A stretch of DNA of 64,000 nucleotides from Eledone cirrhosa (lineage: Eukaryota). Below the pieces are notes generated by a model that was not told the DNA's origin, searched no databases, and saw nothing but the letters and a program-made list of their open reading frames with translations. Within the stretch, counting starts at the first letter, position 1; every line of letters starts with the position of its first letter. The stretch spans positions 333,870,001 to 333,934,000 of the forward strand of contig OZ024740.1 of NCBI GenBank assembly GCA_964016885.1, written 5' to 3'. Both the position numbers and the translations under genes were made by a program. Positions 46,717 through 64,000 of the stretch are shown piece after piece.

Positions 46717-46729
46717 TATATATATATAT

Positions 46730-46764
<35 letters not shown>

Positions 46765-46844
46765 GACATATATATATATATATATATATATAGATATATA
46801 TATATATATATATAGATATATATATATAGATATATATATATAGA

Positions 46845-46878
<34 letters not shown>

Positions 46879-46949
46879 GATATAGATAATTTAATTTTTA
46901 TATGAGCCGCCAGTGTCCGCGCATTGCCTGGAGACTTAACTGAGAATAG

Positions 46950-47031
46950 ACTTCCTGATGACGCAATGAATTCTCGACAGTTGGATTACGTAACTGTCTT
47001 TATCCCATTGCAGAAACTAATTAGTTGGAGT
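46950..47031 (+). ncRNA. Type I hammerhead with bipartite stem II
   Basis: acttc-CTGATGA-c-gcaatg..gacagtt..aactgtc..cattgc-a-GAAA-ctaattag-TT-ggagt. Confidence 0.87.
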
Positions 47032-47081
47032 GAAATTTAAGTAAGAAAAAAATTTTAAAAAATATTTTCTTATTTTACGTC

Positions 47082-49258
<2,177 letters not shown>

Positions 49259-49322
49259 AAATATTTAAAAAATAATGAATAAAACAATGAAACAGTTCCT
49301 TATATTAAACCAAAAAAGTTCA

Positions 49323-49467
49323 TTATTTAACCATCGTTTCTAGGACATATATGTGTTAGAATTGGCATGCATATTCAAAAGATCTATCCACAAAATTATA
49401 CAAAATTATACAAACTATCAAATATAATATACATACCAACACATACATATGCCGTCTTCAGAAATAA
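49323..49467 (-). ncRNA. Type I hammerhead with ~115-nt stem II domain
   Basis: ttattt-CTGAAGA-c-ggcatatgtatgtgttgg...ctaacacatatatgtcc-ta-GAAA-cgatgg-TT-aaataa. Confidence 0.8.
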
Positions 49468-49501
49468 TCATCTTCAGAAATAATCATATATATATCAATA
49501 A

Positions 49502-49536
<35 letters not shown>

Positions 49537-49557
49537 TTACATATATATTTCTGTATA

Positions 49558-49629
<72 letters not shown>

Positions 49630-49698
49630 ACATAAATATATATATATATAGAGAGAGAGAGAAATTACATGAATCAAAGTTCAGTTTAAATCATTTAT

Positions 49699-49746
49699 TT
49701 GCTTACAATTGTTTACTCCAAACCGAGGTTTGGATCTTCGGAGCAA
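49699..49746 (-). ncRNA. Degenerate type I hammerhead
   Basis: ttgct-CCGAAGA-tccaaac-ctcg-gtttgga-gTAAA-caattg-TA-agcaa. Confidence 0.65.
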
Positions 49747-49967
49747 CTATTTAGTGATTTTTCACATACCTGACCTCCTTATCAACACAAGAGACATACA
49801 AAAACATATGTATATATTGCTCTGTAAAACAACTGATGTTATTACATTGAGCTATTTATCTTACTGGTAATAAGATAGTAATGAATTACTGTCTTTCACT
49901 ATTTAGAGTTTAATTATATATAACCAAAAAAGGTTTTATTATATACATAACCATAAATAGTATCTTT

Positions 49968-58994
<9,027 letters not shown>

Positions 58995-59291
58995 TGTGTG
59001 TGTGAGAGAAATAGACAGGGAGAGAGTTGAATCTCATCTATATTAAAACTATATATATATATATATATATAATATATATATATATATGACAGCGATTAAT
59101 TAGTTTTTGCGAGGTTTTTATATGAAATCGAGTGTCGAAACAAATATTGCTATACTTGGGGAGGGTCATATTTGTGTAATATTGCGAGAATTACATACTC
59201 ACTGTTTGGTTGGTTTTCGCTTTTCGCTTCTTTGTCTTTAATATCGGTAATCAAATTTATGCGGTCCTCAATGAACCTCAATGGTCCTCAA

Positions 59292-59907
59292 TAGCTTAGA
59301 TAGGGCTAGACATAAGATAGGGAACGCCACCTCATGGTACAACAACCAGAGATACCAGAGTATCATGTTTGTGGATGCTACCCCTGGAGGGAAATTTGCT
59401 AACCAGTGTAGAAAGGCCCTGAGAAAGACCCACTTAAAGATTAAGGTGGTAGAAAAGCCAGGAACCACCCTAAAATCCCTGATCACCAAAACCTACCCTT
59501 TTAAGAAAACCCACTGTACTAATAGGAAGTGTATCATATGTAAGGTAAACCCCCGGATAAACTGTAAAACTAGAAACGTAGTCTATAGCATAAGATGTAC
59601 AGAGGGTACTTGTAGAAACATGACAACAACATACATAGGCGAAACAGCTCGTAGCATAGGTGAAAGGATAGACCAACACCGGGGGGATCTAAAAGGACGA
59701 AAAAACGGGCCAGTACTATACGAACATGCCAGACAACAACACAACGGTAACATAGACAACATAGAAATTAGAATAATATCTAAACATAGAAATGATCCAG
59801 CAGATAGGCAAATCAGAGAGGCCAGTGAAATAGAACTTAGAAGGCCAAGACTAAACAGAAAGAATGAATGGAATAACAACAACACTCAACAAACAACACT
59901 GACCTAA
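59292..59907 (+). CDS. PLE linker + GIY-YIG endonuclease (5'-truncated)
   Basis: YQSIMFVDATPGG, CTNRKCIIC, CKTRNVVYSIRC, YIGETARSIGER, RQIREA, LNRKNEW; paralogue of the 35177 ORF C-terminus. Confidence 0.9.
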
Positions 59908-60168
59908 GAGAAGTATAAATAAATAGATAAATAAATAAATAAATACATACACAAGCACAATAACAACAAACACATATAAACACACACTAGTAAACATAGA
60001 ACACATTAACCAATACACAGTCACCCAATCACGAACACACATGAAACAAAACACTATACACACACGCAAACGCATGCACAAATAAGACAAAATAAAATAA
60101 ACAAACAAACAAATAAATAAATAAATATATAAACAGACTAAATAAAGATGGCGGGAGGAATCTATAGC

Positions 60169-60210
60169 ACCACTGACGATGTTGCAGATGTGCAACGAAA
60201 GAACTTTGAT
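60169..60210 (+). ncRNA. Minimal type I hammerhead
   Basis: acca-CTGACGA-tgttgcagatgtgcaac-GAAA-gaac-TT-tgat. Confidence 0.78.
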
Positions 60211-60431
60211 AAACTATATATATGTGTTTGTGTCTATATTGTATCTGTATTATTTTTGACCGTTGGTCAGTCAATGACAACATTGAGGACCGCATAAATT
60301 TGATTACCGATATAAAAGACACAGAAGCGAAAAGCGAAAACCAACCAAACAGTGAGTGTGTTCTGTTATTAATTCTGGCAATATTACACAAATATGACCC
60401 TCCCCAAGTATAGCAATATTTGTTTCGACAC

Positions 60432-60700
60432 CCCCATAACACCAAAGCTTCTTTTAAAGCCGCTATAATTCGAGTCATGTCCGATATAAACAAGGACCAC
60501 TTAATCCGAGCTTGCAAACGATTTCGACCCCGTCTAGAGGCAGTTAATGATGCTTTTAGTGGTTTTATTGAATGAAATTATTAAATTAATAATTTAGCTT
60601 CATGTTTATATTATTTTTATAAGAATACAGTTTTTTTCTGTTATTATATAAGCGTTTTTTTAACCACAAATCTGTCCTCAAATGCCGTCCGTATCCTGTA
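60432..60700 (+). mobile_element. Tc1/mariner (DD37D/maT-like) right end
   Basis: PHNTKASFKAAIIRVMSDINKDHLIRACKRFRPRLEAVNDAFSGFIE* matches the transposase C-terminus; element ends ...atcctg-TA. Confidence 0.75.
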
Positions 60701-60839
60701 AATATAAATTAATCCCTTTATCGCACAATTTATTACATTTCAGTAACCTGAGTTTAATGTAAGAAATATTTGTGCAGATAAAGCTTATAATACACACTCG
60801 CTTAGACATTTTTCCAGATATACAACCTACGAACAAAAT

Positions 60840-61300
60840 GACGATAGATTTGCTCTAGAGTACAACAATTATATCCACTGCGTCCACGATGACACCCCCT
60901 TCATTAATTGTGGTGGAATTTCCCCAATTTGGCAAAAGAAAACGTAAGTCCGTAGTCACAGGTCACCTTAGATCTTATGGGCGACGTACATACATCGGTT
61001 GTTATTTATTTAGCTTTACTTCGTGTAGGGTACTAGCCGCAAAGATTGGGTTCATATTTGATGAGGTGAAGATTTTACTAGAGAAATTGCAACAAGTTGT
61101 GGCATCTTTGATGAGTGAAATATATACAGGAAAATATGTCTCCACGTCTCAGTGTCTATCGTAGGTGCAGTCAAAGCCGAAAATCTCCTATTTTGTTAGG
61201 AAAATGACTGCCTCGATGCATTTCTTCATTTTAACAATCAGAACAGCATCAGGATGGAAATGATTTCTCACAACGACCGCAATAGAGCTGAAATTATAAA
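60840..61300 (+). pseudogene. Possible heavily decayed CR1-like RT remnant
   Basis: YIHCVHDDT resembles IHxYADDST; collinear with the 62530 fragment; weak. Confidence 0.3.
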
Positions 61301-61390
61301 TATGTTGTATGGAAGTTGTATGCAAACAGCTAATTGAAAGAAACAGATTTTGTTTTTAGACCGATAATTAGCGATTATAGACGTAATGCA

Positions 61391-61557
61391 GTATTGTCGG
61401 ATGCCATGCTTTGACGCATAGAGTTACGGCCCATGCCATTCTGAGTTCAAATCCCGCCGAAGTTAACTTTGCCTTTCATCCTTACGGGGTCGATAAAATA
61501 AAGTACCAGTAATACACTGGGTAATTGCTGGCCTTGTGCCTAACGTAGAAACAAGTA
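61391..61557 (+). mobile_element. tRNA-derived SINE (slightly 5'-truncated)
   Basis: Same family as 13715; TSD ttata(g/a)acgtaatgca. Confidence 0.85.
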
Positions 61558-62529
61558 TTATAAACGTAATGCATTCACAGTAATCAGCGCAGCACTCTTC
61601 CGATGTATTTGATTAAGAATATTTTTGCATTTAAGAGCACCAATCTGAATGTGGAAACACCAGCCTTTTTTGTCTTATGTCAGATACGTATTAACATATT
61701 CCCCTACTATCCCGTTTTCCTTCTCTTGGAAACATTTACTGACATCGATATTTTCTGCAGTGTTAACCAATTGCAAATAGTATATATATTCTCTCGATAG
61801 TAAGTCTTGAAACTTTAATCGGGTATACAACTTTTACAGCGATTCTGCTGGCTATATATGCCAGCCTTGTAGGTTTTACCCTAGCCTATCTACTGAAAAC
61901 TAGACTTGCTTCGTTTGATGAGAATAATCTTATAATATGTGTATTATAAAGTAATACTGAAATAACTTAAACAATCAACCAACACTTTGTAGATGCTTTC
62001 CTCACTAGGAGTCAACCATGTATTTTATTGCTAGGAGGTATGTTTCAATAACAAGAGAGGAATGAAGTAACCCTATAAGTGAGAGTTTCCACAGAAATAT
62101 ACTTGCGTTACTGCAAAGGGTACGTGTTTCTAAATCATAAAGGGTATCAGAAATTCTAAGAGTCTCATTCATCTCTAAGAGGAGAATACATGGAGAGATA
62201 TATGAATCAGAAATGTTATTATTTTAAGTAGTTTTGCATATTCTCCTAGATTGAAATGTATGTAGTATCTACAAAGAGTAAGTGATATAAGAATATGATG
62301 GAATCGATTAGTGACAGAGATAACAGAAACTGTATTAAGCGTGCTATATAGACTTCTGAGGATAATAAAGACAGCACCATTATATAATAATATGTCAGTT
62401 AATTAACGATATTATTTAATAAACCTGCTTATATTGATAAATGGGATATGGTTGTGAAACATATGAGACTGAAATGATGATTGCCCATGAATATGTTTGC
62501 TTTATGTAAGGTTTTGAATTAGGAGAAAA

Positions 62530-62860
62530 CTCACTCAGGCCGTGGAATTATTTCCGGTGGCATTCTATTTAACATCTACCACCACGGCAATTGATAGATT
62601 TTATAAACTATGTGTTCTTCCGATAGTCAAGTTGAATTAACGGCTAGGTCTCATCCATTAACATTTGAAATACCTGAATGTAGTCGCATATTCTATACTG
62701 ACAGATACTTCCCTCGCACATTTGGCTTATTGCATTCTCTTCCAGCTTCTTGGCTTCCTGACCATTACAATTTTCAAAAATTCAACAGCAACATCAATCG
62801 TTACCATGTCCCTCCTTGAATTATTTTCTGTCTGTTTTGTTATTTTTGCTGGTGAGGAAC
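62530..62860 (+). pseudogene. CR1/Zenon-type LINE ORF2 C-terminal remnant
   Basis: RSHPLTFEIP..RIFYTDRYFPRTFGLLHSLP...PDHYNFQKFNSNINR. Confidence 0.65.
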
Positions 62861-63619
62861 CGTTTGCACCTTTGCGTTTTATTGAGCAAAGAAAAAAATA
62901 CTTCACTCTTCAGATTTCACGTGTATAACACATTTCGTATTAGTACTCCATACAATCAGTTAGCAATTAGTCTAATTTGTATATGCATAACTCGTTAAAT
63001 ACGTATTATTTTCTACTCTGAAGTAGGACGGATTGCCCCTTTCAGTAGATTTAAAAAATAAGTATAAATATTAGTCGCACGCTCGTGCAATAAAGAAAAG
63101 TAGTTGCCAATATTTCAAATTACTCGATCATGATTCAGTCATGTTCCTATAATTGCTTCAACAGATGCGTATATTTCACTTTTTACTTTTAATTTCAGCT
63201 CTCGAAATTCATTTGAACAAATATGTACATTCCACTGCAAGTATGCATTATGTTTGAACAGCAACAATTTACTGATAATTGGCATATTAATAACATAATC
63301 TTATAGTTTTAGACAAATAGACAACACAAAAAATAACACATTAATGAACTGCTAGTCTTCCTGGAAGCGTTTATATTGAATGACAATCACACATCTATTA
63401 TATAGCAACTAATTGCCATCCAAATATTAAAAAGAAATATATCTTACCTATAAACAATCGCTGATATTCTCCAAAATATGTGTGTGCGTAAAATATAAAG
63501 TAGTTGTAGCTCTTGATTAATAGAATATCATTTATTAACAAGTCATCGATCAAGAAATAAAACACCTATATCTAGGAAATGTGATCGCATGCTTCTCCGA
63601 ATTGTGAGAGATCATAGCT

Positions 63620-63867
63620 CAGATAATATGGTTAAGTGGTAAGAATGTCTCAGGAAACAGTGACTGGACAGATTTTACGAGCAAACTGAAACGGCTGGAA
63701 CCCCAGGGGTAGACACTGAGCAGGATGTTTGGATAACACCAATGAGCTTCGCTGGTCCTGCTTTGGGCTTCAGTCGGGTCTGCTGACGACGGTTGCTTCT
63801 GACTGGACCCGTTTGAAGGCATGCGTTTGGAATCTTATGAATAGTAGAAGAAGAAGAAGAAGAAGAA
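63620..63867 (+). mobile_element. RTE-type LINE 3' end with (AGA)n tail
   Basis: PRGRH*AGCLD...LRWSCFG...ASDWTR resembles RPRGRP..RWLD...A.DR..W; followed by a gaa repeat. Confidence 0.5.
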
Positions 63868-64000
63868 CTGATAAATTCGCGTTTTGTGAGGGGTAAACAC
63901 ACGCACATACTTAAATAAGAGATATATAAAGGGTATACAATTAACACCTCTAAGCGCACAGCATACTTATTCGGAAAATTACTGCTAATTTAACATAAAA

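Larger units (their letters stand above)
59088..60431 (+). mobile_element. 5'-truncated Naiad-like PLE (subfamily B) with inverted 5' arm
   Basis: Minus arm 59088-59273 mirrors 60281-60431 plus ~45 nt; plus arm carries the GIY-YIG ORF, 3' UTR and HHR. Confidence 0.9.

Overview
Very AT-rich, gene-poor eukaryotic DNA; the SINE family and microsatellite content suggest a cephalopod such as Octopus (inference). I see no host protein-coding exon, and nearly all listed ORFs are (TA)n/(GA)n/(CA)n artefacts. The window is a nest of retroelements sitting in (TA)n microsatellites. It holds Penelope-like elements (PLEs; RT + GIY-YIG) of about three lineages: a decayed near-full-length Neptune-like copy, a near-intact Naiad-like copy with a 2.1-kb inverted duplication plus shorter relatives, and Nematis-like fragments. 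It also holds about 19 type I hammerhead ribozyme (HHR) motifs from about 11 sequence families, many with palindromic stem III and long stem II insertions. Other content: tRNA-derived SINEs with target-site duplications (TSDs), two probable solo LTRs, RTE/CR1/mariner remnants and >15 kb of interrupted (TA)n with a ~2-kb higher-order repeat. The most striking pattern is about 12 insertions from unrelated families sharing one architecture: two head-to-head, tail-out arms with one 'long' and one 'short' 3' end about 45-115 nt apart. These ends recur at the same positions in independent copies. One ~510-nt tandem non-coding family behaves the same way but has no canonical HHR, so it is a candidate for a new structured or self-cleaving RNA.
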